DNA of 52,988 bases from Crocinitomicaceae bacterium (lineage in GTDB: Bacteria > Bacteroidota > Bacteroidia > Flavobacteriales_D > Crocinitomicaceae). Made by a program: the position numbers and the translations under genes. The DNA lies in contig JBNKYR010000001.1 of assembly GCA_050300995.1 (NCBI GenBank), positions 1 through 52,988 on the forward strand, written 5' to 3'. This document shows positions 16,543 through 26,670 of the stretch, one piece after another (positions within the stretch are counted from its first letter, which is position 1; each line of letters begins with the position of its first letter). The notes beneath the pieces were generated by a model, which saw only the letters and a program-made list of their open reading frames with translations, did no database searches and had not been told where the DNA came from.

Positions 16543-19500
16543 ATGTATCTGAACACGCACAGCTATTACAGTTTGCGCTATGGGGCTCTTTCGCCGGTAA
16601 CATTGCTGGAACTTGCACAACAAAATGAGCTTTCACACATGGCACTGACCGATATCAACACCACATCGGCCTGTATCGAATTTATCCGGGAAGCTCCAAA
16701 GTATGGCATTCGTCCGGTAGTTGGGGTTGATTTCCGAAACGGTGTCGAACAGCAATTTATCCTGCTGGCTCGCAACAACAACGGTTTCGAGCAGATCAAC
16801 ACCTATCTGACCGCTTTGCTTCACCGCAAGGAAGCCGTTCCCGAAAAAGCTCCGGAACTGGACAATGTGATCGTGATCTATCCTTTCCGACGCGGAAAGA
16901 TCTACCATCTGAAAGCCAATGAATACATCGGAATTCCGCCGGGAGATCTTGAATTTGTCCGTATCCGTGAGATTGACATTTCCCGTGGGGTCATGCTGCG
17001 ACCAGTCACTTTCCGGCACAAAAAAGATTTCAATGCACACCGCTTACTCCGGGCAATCGACAACAATACGCTACTGAGCAAACTTCCGGAATCCGAGCAG
17101 GCTTCTCCGCATCACACTATGCTTCCTACCCCGGAATTACTCCGTATTTACGGTGCTTTTCCCGACCTGATCCGAAATACCGAAAACGTTTTAAACAGCT
17201 GTGAGATTCATTTCAACTTTTCGCAGGGCGCCGAGCATCAAAATCAAAAAACATACACAGGCAGCGAACGAAGGGACATGGACCTTTTGCGAAAACTTTG
17301 TCGTGAAGGAGTAAAATACCGCTATCCCGATCTCACGGAAGAAGTCGAATTACGTATCACCAAAGAACTGGACACCATCCGGAAAATGGGATTCGTTTCT
17401 TACTTCCTGATCAACTGGGATATTGTCAGCTATGCCCGCTCAAAAGGCTATTTCTATGTCGGCAGGGGCAGCGGAGCCAACAGCATTGTTGCCTATTTGT
17501 TACGCATCACCGATGTAGACCCGATCGAACTCGATCTCTACTTCGAACGTTTCATTAACCTGTACCGAACCAATCCCCCCGATTTTGACATTGATTTCTC
17601 CTGGCGCGACCGGGATGACATTACCCGCTATATTTTCGAGCGCTTCGACAATGTTGCACTGGTGGCCACTTACAACACCTTCAAGCGAAAAGCCGTGATG
17701 CGCGAACTCGGAAAAGTGTTCGGGCTGCCCAAAGAAGAAATTGACCGGCTTTCAGAAGGAGAGCTCCCGGCAGCAGACCAAAATCACCTTACCGAACTGG
17801 TACTGAAATACGCTTCCTACATTCACAGCTTCCCCAGCCACCTGAGTGTACATGCCAGCGGAATTCTTATTTCCGAAAAACCGATCCAGGCTTTTTCAGC
17901 GACTTTCCTTCCCCCGAAAGGCTATCCGACCATCCAGTTCGACATGCATGTATCAGAGGATGTGGGCCTCTATAAATTTGACATTCTCAGCCAACGGGGG
18001 CTCAGCAAAATCAAGGATGCATTGGATATTATCGACTACAACCGTCCCGGACATCCACCGATTGACATCCACGATATTCAACGCTTCAAACACGACGAAC
18101 GCATCCGTGAAGTATTGATGGACGCCAAACCCATCGGCTGTTTTTACGTAGAATCACCGGCCATGCGCATGTTGCTGACCAAACTGCGCGTAAGCGATTA
18201 CCTCGGACTGGTCGCTGCCAGCTCGGTGATTCGTCCGGGTGTGGCACAATCGGGCATGATGCAGGAATACATTAAACGATTCCGGGATCCCGAACGCAGG
18301 AAAGAAGCACACCCCGTATTGATGCAACTGATGCCCGAGACATATGGCGTGATGGTGTATCAGGAAGATGTCATTAAAGTAGCGCACCATTTTGCCGGTC
18401 TCAGCCTCGGGGAAGCTGATAAAATGCGCCGGGGAATGTCCGGAAAGTTCCGTTCCCGGGAAGAATTCCAGGCCGTGAAAGAAACCTTCTTTTCCAATTG
18501 CATCAACGAAAAGGGGCATTCTCCCGAATTGACTGCTGAAGTATGGCGACAAACCGAAAGCTTTGCCGGTTATGCCTTCGCGAAAGGACATTCAGCTTCC
18601 TATGCCGTGGAAAGTTACCAGTGTCTCTTTCTGAAAACCTATTATCCTCTGGAATTCCTTGTGGCAACGATCAATAACTACGGCGGGTTTTACAGCACCG
18701 AACTATACGTCCGGGAATGTACGCTCTTCGGTGGAAAAGTACATCCACCCTGCGTCAACAACAGCTGTCAGGAAACAACGATCTACGACACACATATTTT
18801 CCTGGGCTTCCACCTGCTGAGATCATTTGAAGGGCAAGTCGGAAAAGCCATTGAAAACGAACGTTTCCTGCATGGTACCTTTGCCTCATTCGACGACTTC
18901 ATTGAGCGCATTCCTATTTCCCTGGAACAGGTCAGCATTCTGATTCGAATTGATGCCTTCCGCTTTACCGGAAAAGACAAACGCAGTCTCCTGTGGGAAG
19001 CACACATGAAGATCAGTCGACATGCCAATACAACGGCTTCCGCAGATCTTTTCCGTATTCAGGCACGGGAATATTCCATTCCTGCACTCCATCACGCCCG
19101 ACTCGAAGACGCTTTTGACCAACTGGAATTACTCGGCTTTCCCCTGCAAGACCCTTTCGATCTGCTGGCAGAAGCACAAATCGAAGCTGTCCCTGCAAAT
19201 GCACTTCCGGATTATGTTGGAAAAGACGTCTGGATACAGGGGTACCTGATCCACGTCAAACGCACCACCACTTCCGATGGAAAACAAATGTTCTTCGGAA
19301 CCTTCCTCGACAAAAACGGCGAATGGCTGGACACCGTTCATTTTCCGCCGGTAGCGCGGCAATTTCATTTCCGGGGAAAAGGCGTTTATAGTGTCTTTGG
19401 CACAGTAACCCGGGAATACGATGCGACCTCCGTGGAAGTAAAATTCATGCGAAAAACGGACGTGATCCCCGATCCCCGTTATGCAGAAATTGCTCATGCC

Positions 19501-19572
19501 GATCACCCTTCAGGCGTCGTTACCTGGAACAAACGTAAAGATTACGGAAAACGCACCAATCGTATCGAATAA
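16543..19572 (+). CDS. dnaE2: DNA polymerase III alpha-type, error-prone DnaE2-like
   Basis: N-terminal PHP (MYLNTHSYYSLRYG...HMALTDINT), pol core (GRGSGANSIVAYLLRITDVDP, FDIDF, SVHASGILIS, YQEDV) and a C-terminal OB fold. At 1009 aa it ends without a tau-binding extension. Adjacent to dinB. Confidence 0.75.
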   Translation: MYLNTHSYYSLRYGALSPVTLLELAQQNELSHMALTDINTTSACIEFIREAPKYGIRPVVGVDFRNGVEQQFILLARNNNGFEQINTYLTALLHRKEAVPEKAPELDNVIVIYPFRRGKIYHLKANEYIGIPPGDLEFVRIREIDISRGVMLRPVTFRHKKDFNAHRLLRAIDNNTLLSKLPESEQASPHHTMLPTPELLRIYGAFPDLIRNTENVLNSCEIHFNFSQGAEHQNQKTYTGSERRDMDLLRKLCREGVKYRYPDLTEEVELRITKELDTIRKMGFVSYFLINWDIVSYARSKGYFYVGRGSGANSIVAYLLRITDVDPIELDLYFERFINLYRTNPPDFDIDFSWRDRDDITRYIFERFDNVALVATYNTFKRKAVMRELGKVFGLPKEEIDRLSEGELPAADQNHLTELVLKYASYIHSFPSHLSVHASGILISEKPIQAFSATFLPPKGYPTIQFDMHVSEDVGLYKFDILSQRGLSKIKDALDIIDYNRPGHPPIDIHDIQRFKHDERIREVLMDAKPIGCFYVESPAMRMLLTKLRVSDYLGLVAASSVIRPGVAQSGMMQEYIKRFRDPERRKEAHPVLMQLMPETYGVMVYQEDVIKVAHHFAGLSLGEADKMRRGMSGKFRSREEFQAVKETFFSNCINEKGHSPELTAEVWRQTESFAGYAFAKGHSASYAVESYQCLFLKTYYPLEFLVATINNYGGFYSTELYVRECTLFGGKVHPPCVNNSCQETTIYDTHIFLGFHLLRSFEGQVGKAIENERFLHGTFASFDDFIERIPISLEQVSILIRIDAFRFTGKDKRSLLWEAHMKISRHANTTASADLFRIQAREYSIPALHHARLEDAFDQLELLGFPLQDPFDLLAEAQIEAVPANALPDYVGKDVWIQGYLIHVKRTTTSDGKQMFFGTFLDKNGEWLDTVHFPPVARQFHFRGKGVYSVFGTVTREYDATSVEVKFMRKTDVIPDPRYAEIAHADHPSGVVTWNKRKDYGKRTNRIE

Positions 19573-19582
19573 TGCTACTATT

Positions 19583-20791
19583 ATGGAACGATCCATTATG
19601 CACATGGACCTCGACACTTTCTTTGTGTCATGCGAACGACTGATCGATAGCCGGTTGAACAATCGGCCTGTGCTCATCGGCGGCACCTCTGACCGGGGTG
19701 TTGTTGCGTCCTGCAGTTACGAAGCGCGAAAATTCGGGATCCATTCCGCAATGCCGATGCGCATGGCCCGGCAACTTTGTCCGGAAGCAATTATTATCCG
19801 TGGAAACGCAGGCATCTACACCAAATATTCGAACATGGTGACCGAGATCATCCGGGAAGCGGTGCCGCTTTACGAAAAAACTTCCATCGATGAATTTTAT
19901 ATGGATCTGAGTGGCATGGATCGTTTTTTCGGTTGCCGCAAACTGGCCTCCGAGTTACGTGCCAAAATTATCCGGGAAACGGGGCTCCCCATCTCTTTCG
20001 GGCTTTCCATCAACAAAACCGTTTCAAAAATTGCCACAGGTGAAGCTAAACCCAACAATGAGCTGAACATTGATATTGGCACCGAAAAACCCTTCCTGGC
20101 TCCGCTTTCGGTGAAGAAGATTCCTATGATCGGCGACAAAACTTACCGGGAATTGTGCAACCTGGGCGTGCGTCAAATCCGGAACCTCCAGGAAATTCCC
20201 GTGGAACTCATGGAGCGTGTGTTCGGAAAACACGGAATTGTGATGTGGAAGAAAGCACAGGGCATTGATAATTCACCGGTTGTGCAATACCACGAACGAA
20301 AATCGATCTCCACAGAACGGACATTTGACCGCGATACCATTGACGTGCACAAACTGGAGGGAATTATGACCGCCATGGCCGAAAACCTTATCTTTCAATT
20401 GCGCAGGGGAAATAAGCTTACTTCCTGCATCACAGTAAAGATCCGGTATTCCGATTTTCAAACGTATACACTTCAAAAGAAGATTCCCTACAGCGCGGCA
20501 GACCATGTGCTACTCCCCATTGTACTGGAACTTTACCGCAAATTATACAACCGGAGAGTGCTGGTTCGATTGATCGGTGTCCGATTCAGTCATCTTGTCG
20601 ACGGCGCTCATCAGATCAGCCTGTTTGAAGACCCGAACGTATTGCAACTTTACCAGGCTATGGATAAAATCCGCGATCGCTTTGGTGACCGTGCCATTAT
20701 GCGGGCCTCCGGAATGAATGCCAAAAGCATCAGCCGTTTCAATCCATTCAACGGAGAACCGCCTCCCCTGCTTCCGAACAGAAGGAAATAA
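19583..20791 (+). CDS. dinB: DNA polymerase IV (Y-family, DinB)
   Basis: Start chosen at 19583 (MERSIMHMDLDTFFVSCE). The catalytic acidic residues are retained (HMDLD; SIDEFYMDL). SFGLSINKTVSKIATGEAKPN motif is present. Confidence 0.85.
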   Translation: MERSIMHMDLDTFFVSCERLIDSRLNNRPVLIGGTSDRGVVASCSYEARKFGIHSAMPMRMARQLCPEAIIIRGNAGIYTKYSNMVTEIIREAVPLYEKTSIDEFYMDLSGMDRFFGCRKLASELRAKIIRETGLPISFGLSINKTVSKIATGEAKPNNELNIDIGTEKPFLAPLSVKKIPMIGDKTYRELCNLGVRQIRNLQEIPVELMERVFGKHGIVMWKKAQGIDNSPVVQYHERKSISTERTFDRDTIDVHKLEGIMTAMAENLIFQLRRGNKLTSCITVKIRYSDFQTYTLQKKIPYSAADHVLLPIVLELYRKLYNRRVLVRLIGVRFSHLVDGAHQISLFEDPNVLQLYQAMDKIRDRFGDRAIMRASGMNAKSISRFNPFNGEPPPLLPNRRK

Positions 20792-21151
20792 TCACTCTTC
20801 CGAATATACCCGGACAATGTCCAAAGCGCTGAGAATCCCAACAACCTTTCCGTCTTCCATCACAACAAGGTGATGCACACTATTTTTCGCCATCATTCCT
20901 GCAGCATCCTTCACCCGGTTGTTTTTCAAAACGATGTGAACCCGATCAGACATCACATCCTCAACGATCACATCATCTCCCTTCGCTGCAATGATATCGC
21001 TCGCAGAGACAATACCGGAAATAGTACCGTCGTCTTCAAGAACCGGAACCGCACCAATGTGCTTCCGTGCCAACATGCTTTTCAGGTTATTAATTTTAAC
21101 GTTCCGCTGTGTGATCACGACGGGAGAACTCATAAGATGCTCAACTCTCAT
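20792..21151 (-). CDS. CBS-pair domain protein
   Basis: 119 aa with two CBS-like repeats (IGAVPVLEDDGTISGIVSASDI; VHHLVVMEDGKVVGILSALDIV). Its stop codon abuts the dinB stop. Confidence 0.8.
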   Translation of the reverse strand: MRVEHLMSSPVVITQRNVKINNLKSMLARKHIGAVPVLEDDGTISGIVSASDIIAAKGDDVIVEDVMSDRVHIVLKNNRVKDAAGMMAKNSVHHLVVMEDGKVVGILSALDIVRVYSEE

Positions 21152-21267
21152 AGAAAATATTGAATGTTTCTTCCAAGTTAATCCAAAGTGGATAAAAGAA
21201 ACATGAGCTATCTCAGAAATTTCAAGAAAATCAGGATTTCATACGTTCGTCGGAATTCCTCACAACA

Positions 21268-21906
21268 TCAATGTGATTTCAGCACCCAGGGCATTTTTCG
21301 CTTAAATTCATTCAATCGTGGGATAGACACATTCTTCACGTAATACTGGTCCGGGTGCAATCGCTCATAATTCTGATGATAAGCCTCCGCTTCATAAAAC
21401 ACTTTGAAAGGTGCCACTTCCGTCGTGATCTTCGGAAAAACACCCTCCTTTAGCAAACTGTCGATCTTCTGTTCAATGATCTTCTTTTCCCGCTCGTTCC
21501 GGTAAAATGCAATGGAGCGGTACTGCGGACCACTATCCGGCCCCTGGCGATTCAGTGTGGTCGGGTCGTGCGAATTAAAAAAGACATCAACCAGGGTCTC
21601 ATAACTTACCACTGTCGAATCGTAATAGACCTTCACCGATTCCGCGTGTCGCGTTCTTCCTGAACTCACCAACTCATACGACGGGTTTTTCATCGTTCCA
21701 CCGGAATAACCGGATACTGCTTCTTCCACACCCCTCACAGATTCGAAGACCGCCTCCACACACCAGAAACATCCACTGGCAAAGTAAGCCGTTTGCAAAG
21801 AGTCAAGATTTTTCGGAGGATCATTCTGCACAAACGCTTCGGAAGAAGATGTTGAACAGGAAAGCAACAAGTAAGCAGCCGTAAGGAATAAAAAGGTCTT
21901 TCTCAT
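21268..21906 (-). CDS. msrA: Peptide-methionine (S)-S-oxide reductase MsrA, lipoprotein-type leader
   Basis: Start at MRKTFLFLTAAYLLLSCS. Active-site motif GCFWCVEAVF plus GYSGG and YHQNY. Confidence 0.9.
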   Translation of the reverse strand: MRKTFLFLTAAYLLLSCSTSSSEAFVQNDPPKNLDSLQTAYFASGCFWCVEAVFESVRGVEEAVSGYSGGTMKNPSYELVSSGRTRHAESVKVYYDSTVVSYETLVDVFFNSHDPTTLNRQGPDSGPQYRSIAFYRNEREKKIIEQKIDSLLKEGVFPKITTEVAPFKVFYEAEAYHQNYERLHPDQYYVKNVSIPRLNEFKRKMPWVLKSH

Positions 21907-21971
21907 GAAATCTGTTTTCCTCTGAGAGCGGTACACACTCGAAAGCCTTACAGGAAAAATCAAAAGATTTG

Positions 21972-23813
21972 TTAAGGTTCCAGTTCATCCCCCTCTTCAG
22001 GCGGCATGTTTCGGATAGCTCTGAAACGCTTACGAGCCTCCGTAGAATAAAGGCTTCCCTTGTATTCGAACAGAATCGTACGGTAGTACTCAGCAGCCTT
22101 TTCCTTGTCCATCAGATGGTTTTCATAAATATCACCCAACTGAAAAAGTGCATCGTCTGCCAGGATATCGTCGTTGTAGAACTTCAGCAATTTCTCCAGT
22201 TGTTCAATCGCCTTGTTCCATTCTCCCCTTAACTGCATCGCGTAAGCTTTGCGCAGAAGAATCTCATCTCCAAGGCTGTGTGCAGGAAATGCATCCGTGA
22301 TCGAATCGTACAGCGCAAAGGCTTCTTCGTAGCGGTGCTGCTCAATCAACAGATCGGCATGAGCGAATTGCGACATTGCCGTGTAATTGCTATCCAATCC
22401 GTAGTTGTCTGTAATCAGCAACGACAACTTCAACGCATCATTGGCGATCAGCTTGGAAGTCGATTGTTTCAGGACATCCAGTTGCGATTGCGCAAAATCA
22501 AATTCGCCATCGTAATAGAAAATCCGGGCATTCTTGAATTTTGCCTCGTGTCCGATCGGTTCGTATTTGAACTCCTTGTCAACCTGCATATACAAGAGCG
22601 ATGCTTCCCATACATCACCGTGCAGTACATGAATATCGGCAAGTTCCATTTTTACCTCTGCCCGCTGCATATCCGTGAGTCCCTGAAATTCCAGTGCTTC
22701 ATTCAATAAAGCAAGAGCTTCCGCCCCCTGATTGGCATAAAAGGCTTTAATATGTGCCAACTCCATCACCAACGAAAGTGTTCGATGGCGTTTTCCGTAG
22801 TGCTCCAGTACGCTCTCATAGTTTGCGATCACTTCATTCAGTTCCTGCTGCGTAAAATTTCTACGGGTTGTGATTTCCTGAAAGCTGACATTCAACAGCG
22901 CGTTCTGGGCACGCATGAAGAACAGACTTTCTTCACCCAACCCAACCACATATTGAAAAGCGCGTCGTGCGGTAGAAAAATCCTTGTTTTCGACGCAGAT
23001 ATTTCCGAATTCGTACACCTGTCGTCCCTCCGCTCCTGAACGCTTGTCCATCGCTTTGATATGCGTCAACGCAGCAGCAAAATCCTTGCGCTGTACGAAC
23101 AACCAGGTCAGCATCTCTGCATAATTCATGTCATCCGGATTCTTCTGCGTGCGCTCAATCAATGCCGTACGAAGGAATTCATATTCTTCGGAACTCTTCT
23201 CGGAGAAGTCGATTCGTGTTGACAATACCCGCTGGATGCTGGACATGTACGATGGATGGTAATCGATCATATCGAGGTACTCCTCCATCATTTTTTTTGT
23301 ATCACCAACCGATCCGTAGTATTCGGCAAACTGAAAATTCAGCGGGTACGATTTCTTCAGCATCTTTCGTCCCTCCACTAAAGTGCGATAGGCAAGGTCC
23401 GATTTCCCCTGTGCCTTGAACACATTGTACAGCCCAATCACACTGTGTGAACTCGGCTGCATATCATCAATCAACTCACTGTAAATATCATTGGCCCTTC
23501 CGGCATCTCCCCGCTCTTCGTAAAAACTCGCTAACATAACCGCGTACTCAGCATCTCCACGGTGACGCCCGACTTCCTTTTTGAGGACTTTTTCCGCCGT
23601 CTTCTCATCTCCCGTTGCCTCCAGGCACTCCAGGTAACGAGAAAAGTAGAACTTGGAGGGATCCTTGTCATACAATTTTTCGTAATAGATCAGAGCCTTG
23701 TCAAACTCCCCCTTTCCATAATAATGCTGTGCCAATTGCTGATCCGACGTTTGTGCGGTAAGCAAATGAACCTGCATCAACAGGCCTAAAAGAAAAATCC
23801 ATTTTTTCATCAT
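21972..23813 (-). CDS. Tetratricopeptide-repeat protein, secreted
   Basis: Signal peptide MMKKWIFLLGLLMQVHLLTAQ. Repeated A..YY..G.F..A-type TPR helices run throughout the 613 aa. Confidence 0.8.
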   Translation of the reverse strand: MMKKWIFLLGLLMQVHLLTAQTSDQQLAQHYYGKGEFDKALIYYEKLYDKDPSKFYFSRYLECLEATGDEKTAEKVLKKEVGRHRGDAEYAVMLASFYEERGDAGRANDIYSELIDDMQPSSHSVIGLYNVFKAQGKSDLAYRTLVEGRKMLKKSYPLNFQFAEYYGSVGDTKKMMEEYLDMIDYHPSYMSSIQRVLSTRIDFSEKSSEEYEFLRTALIERTQKNPDDMNYAEMLTWLFVQRKDFAAALTHIKAMDKRSGAEGRQVYEFGNICVENKDFSTARRAFQYVVGLGEESLFFMRAQNALLNVSFQEITTRRNFTQQELNEVIANYESVLEHYGKRHRTLSLVMELAHIKAFYANQGAEALALLNEALEFQGLTDMQRAEVKMELADIHVLHGDVWEASLLYMQVDKEFKYEPIGHEAKFKNARIFYYDGEFDFAQSQLDVLKQSTSKLIANDALKLSLLITDNYGLDSNYTAMSQFAHADLLIEQHRYEEAFALYDSITDAFPAHSLGDEILLRKAYAMQLRGEWNKAIEQLEKLLKFYNDDILADDALFQLGDIYENHLMDKEKAAEYYRTILFEYKGSLYSTEARKRFRAIRNMPPEEGDELEP

Positions 23814-23828
23814 TGCATCTACTGGCGA

Positions 23829-24374
23829 TTATTGTACCACCGGTGTTCCGAAGCGTTCATCCAGTTCCTTCGGTAATATAACGTTCAATTCATCAAAAAT
23901 ATGTACGGCTTCCTCCCAACGTTGGTGGCAGGCATCAATTCGTTCCTGCAACAAGCCTGATTGCTCTTCTTCAAACGCGATAAATTCATCGTATCTGTCG
24001 CGACGACCACTGCCTGCTTCAATATCTCCTTTCAACTCTCCGACACATTTCTCCCGTTCCTCCACCAATCCACGGAACTGCTCCACTTGTTCGCGAACGG
24101 CAGCTGCCTCCAGTCCCATTCGATGAAAATGATCCAAACGAACTGCCAGATCGTAGGATAGCGTATCGGGACCGATCTCCTCCACACGTTGCTCCAAAGT
24201 TTCCGCAGCACTGATCATTTCATCGAGACGGTCGCCCCCGATCTCATCCAGGGTTTGTGTCAAATTCTCCAACACATCTGAGATTTTTTCGACTTTTTCC
24301 AACTGCCCCGGCCGTTGCCAGTCGGAACACGCCAGCAATATTCCCGCCAGACATATCAGAAGCCACCATTTCAC
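23829..24374 (-). CDS. Hypothetical coiled-coil lipoprotein
   Basis: MKWWLLICLAGILLACSDW lipobox-like leader, with an acidic helical body. In an operon with the OmpA-family and TPR genes. Confidence 0.5.
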   Translation of the reverse strand: MKWWLLICLAGILLACSDWQRPGQLEKVEKISDVLENLTQTLDEIGGDRLDEMISAAETLEQRVEEIGPDTLSYDLAVRLDHFHRMGLEAAAVREQVEQFRGLVEEREKCVGELKGDIEAGSGRRDRYDEFIAFEEEQSGLLQERIDACHQRWEEAVHIFDELNVILPKELDERFGTPVVQ

Positions 24375-24423
24375 GCACCTAAAGTTACGAGAAAAAGAAA
24401 AACAGAGGACTGCTATCGGAAGA

Positions 24424-25233
24424 TCAATGTTTTGTGAAGATCACGTCTACCCGCCGGTTCAGTTTTCGATCCTCTTCCGTGAGTTCGGGATCGCGGAAAG
24501 GTCTTGACGACCCGTAACCTTTATTGCTTATGCGACTTCTGGCAATCCCCCGATCGATCAGGTAATCGGCCACGGTTCGCGAACGGGCTTCGGAAATCCC
24601 GTCCCATTCCATGTATGGCTGGCAGCAGATGTGACCACGGATGTGTGCTGTCATGTTCGGAAAGTCCTGCATGAAACGCAACAAGGCCTGCAATTCCGGT
24701 TCTGATTCCGGCAGATATGCTCCGGATGCATTGTAAAAAAGGATCGTCAGTTGAATGGTCACTTCTTTCTGCAGGCTATCCGCTAAAAATTGTTCGATGG
24801 CCGTTCGCATCGGAACCACTTCTTCCTGAACGGTTTCTACTTCCGTTACCTCCTCCCCACCGGAAGCGATCACAGGAATTTTGTAAATAATATCCACTCG
24901 CCGGAACTGTTCCGCCCGATAATCGCGTGCCTCACCGGCCTTTCGCTCGCCATAGGAATTCATCACAGGAAGCCCAGGCAGATCCAGTTTTTCCAGTACC
25001 GAAGTCAGACGATTTTGGGAAAGCACATCGTTGTGATGCACTGAGCCGCTTGTATCGCAATGTGCCTCAAGGAACAAAAGTTCAGGTTGTCTCTGCCGCA
25101 GTTCGTCAAGCTGCTCCAAATGTTTTGCTGTCAGACGATAAGCATCAACCTCAAAGTAAAGAGACAACGTGTCTTGCTGAGCGAACAAGCTTAGCGCATG
25201 CAGAAAGAAAAAGGAGAGTATCAGTTGCTTCAT
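24424..25233 (-). CDS. OmpA-family (peptidoglycan-associating) protein
   Basis: Start at MKQLILSFFFLHALSLFAQ. C-terminal OmpA_C-like segment SEARSRTVADYLIDRGIARSRISNKGYGSSRPF...NRRVDVIF, with a weaker N-terminal copy. Confidence 0.8.
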   Translation of the reverse strand: MKQLILSFFFLHALSLFAQQDTLSLYFEVDAYRLTAKHLEQLDELRQRQPELLFLEAHCDTSGSVHHNDVLSQNRLTSVLEKLDLPGLPVMNSYGERKAGEARDYRAEQFRRVDIIYKIPVIASGGEEVTEVETVQEEVVPMRTAIEQFLADSLQKEVTIQLTILFYNASGAYLPESEPELQALLRFMQDFPNMTAHIRGHICCQPYMEWDGISEARSRTVADYLIDRGIARSRISNKGYGSSRPFRDPELTEEDRKLNRRVDVIFTKH

Positions 25234-25271
25234 GTTCGTTAGAACGTTTTTTGCGAGCAACGTTACGCAAC

Positions 25272-26546
25272 TTAAATACTGGTGAACCCAGTATATCGGT
25301 GAAGTACTTCCGGAATTTCAATGCCATCCTCTGTCTGGTAATTTTCCAGCAATGCAGCTACAATCCTTGGCAGTGCCAGTGCTGATCCATTCAGGGTGTG
25401 ACACAACTGCGTCTTTTTCTCCGCATTGCGGAAACGAAGTTTCAAACGGCTCGACTGGAATGTATCGAAACGGGAAACGGAACTCACTTCCAACCATTTT
25501 TGCTGAGCAGCAGAGTAAACCTCAAAATCATACGTCATCGCCGCTGCAAAACCAGTATCTCCGCCACACAAGCGCAAAATGCGGTACTGCAATCCAAGCT
25601 TTTCAAGCAACCCTTTCACGTGCTCAAGCATTTCCTCCAGTGCCTTTGCCGTGTTATCCGGATGCTCCACACGTACGATCTCTACTTTATCAAATTGATG
25701 CAAACGGTTCAAACCGCGCACATCCTTTCCATAAGATCCGGCTTCCACGCGGAAACATGGTGTATGCCCTGTCAATTTGATCGAAAAATTTTCATCCGGC
25801 AAAATAACATCCCGGTAAAGGTTCGTCAGGGGAACTTCCGCAGTAGGGATCATAAACAAATCACCGTTCTCCATTGGAATACGGTACATCTGACCATCCT
25901 TGTCCGGCAATTGCCCTGTTCCGTATCCGGAGGCTTCATTGACCACATGTGGTACCTGTCGTTCCTCATAACCTGCTTTCTCAGCCTCATCCAGGAAGAA
26001 ACTGATCAATGCACGCTGCAGGCGTGAAGCCTTGCCAATGTATACCGGAAAACCGGCACCGGTAATCTTTACACCCAGTTCGAAGTCAATCAGGTTATGC
26101 TTTGCAGCCAGCTCCCAGTGCGGAAGCGGTTCAAAATCGTAAGTCCGTACAGAACCATACTCCGCCACGATCTCATTATCCTCTTCGTTGCGCCCGGCCT
26201 TCACCAAATCGTTTGGCACATTCGGCAACTGGTACATCAGCTGGGTAATCTTATCCTCCAGTGTTTCGACCTCTTCCTTCAACAATGCTTCAGCGGACTT
26301 CAACTCGGTAGTTTGCTCCTTCGCCGCGTTTGCTTCTTCCTGCTTCCCTTCACGGAACAACAGTCCGATTTCCTTTGAGATCTGGTTCATTCGGGCTGCT
26401 ACACTCTCCATTTCTGTCTTTTTCGAACGCCACTGTTCATCGAGTGAAAGGATTTCATCCAAAACAGGACGTGCGTCAAAGTGTCGTTTCTGAAGGCCTT
26501 CGATAATACCTTCCTTTTCATTTCGGATACGCTGAATCTCTAGCAT
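25272..26546 (-). CDS. serS: Seryl-tRNA synthetase
   Basis: 424 aa with an N-terminal coiled-coil arm and class-II motifs (FRVEAGSYGKDVRGLNRLHQF; TLNGSALALPR). Confidence 0.95.
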   Translation of the reverse strand: MLEIQRIRNEKEGIIEGLQKRHFDARPVLDEILSLDEQWRSKKTEMESVAARMNQISKEIGLLFREGKQEEANAAKEQTTELKSAEALLKEEVETLEDKITQLMYQLPNVPNDLVKAGRNEEDNEIVAEYGSVRTYDFEPLPHWELAAKHNLIDFELGVKITGAGFPVYIGKASRLQRALISFFLDEAEKAGYEERQVPHVVNEASGYGTGQLPDKDGQMYRIPMENGDLFMIPTAEVPLTNLYRDVILPDENFSIKLTGHTPCFRVEAGSYGKDVRGLNRLHQFDKVEIVRVEHPDNTAKALEEMLEHVKGLLEKLGLQYRILRLCGGDTGFAAAMTYDFEVYSAAQQKWLEVSSVSRFDTFQSSRLKLRFRNAEKKTQLCHTLNGSALALPRIVAALLENYQTEDGIEIPEVLHRYTGFTSI

Positions 26547-26611
26547 TGTCGGGAAATTTTGCTGCGAATTTAGTTAAATGTGCTCGAACTAATGGCCTGT
26601 TGGTTAAAATC

Positions 26612-26650
26612 AGGCAAATAAAAAGGCGGGTCCCGAAACCGAGACCCGCC
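26612..26650 (-). terminator. Rho-independent terminator after rpmA
   Basis: GGCGGGTC (26625-26632) pairs with GACCCGCC (26643-26650). On the minus strand it is followed by TTTTTATTTG. Confidence 0.65.
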
Positions 26651-26670
26651 TGTATCAATTTTCAGTTCAA

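Noticed and set aside
16543-19572. Interpretation of the Pol III alpha gene as the replicative DnaE1
   Set aside because: This rejection is tentative. The protein ends right after the OB fold at 1009 aa without a C-terminal tau-binding region, and it is coupled to a Y-family polymerase gene. That fits DnaE2. Confirmation needs the rest of the genome.
21164-21204. 9-bp inverted repeat ATGTTTCTT/AAGAAACAT between msrA and the CBS gene
   Set aside because: It has a large 23-nt loop, AT-rich arms and only a weak T-run on the minus strand. It may be a weak msrA terminator, but the support is not strong enough to list it as a feature.
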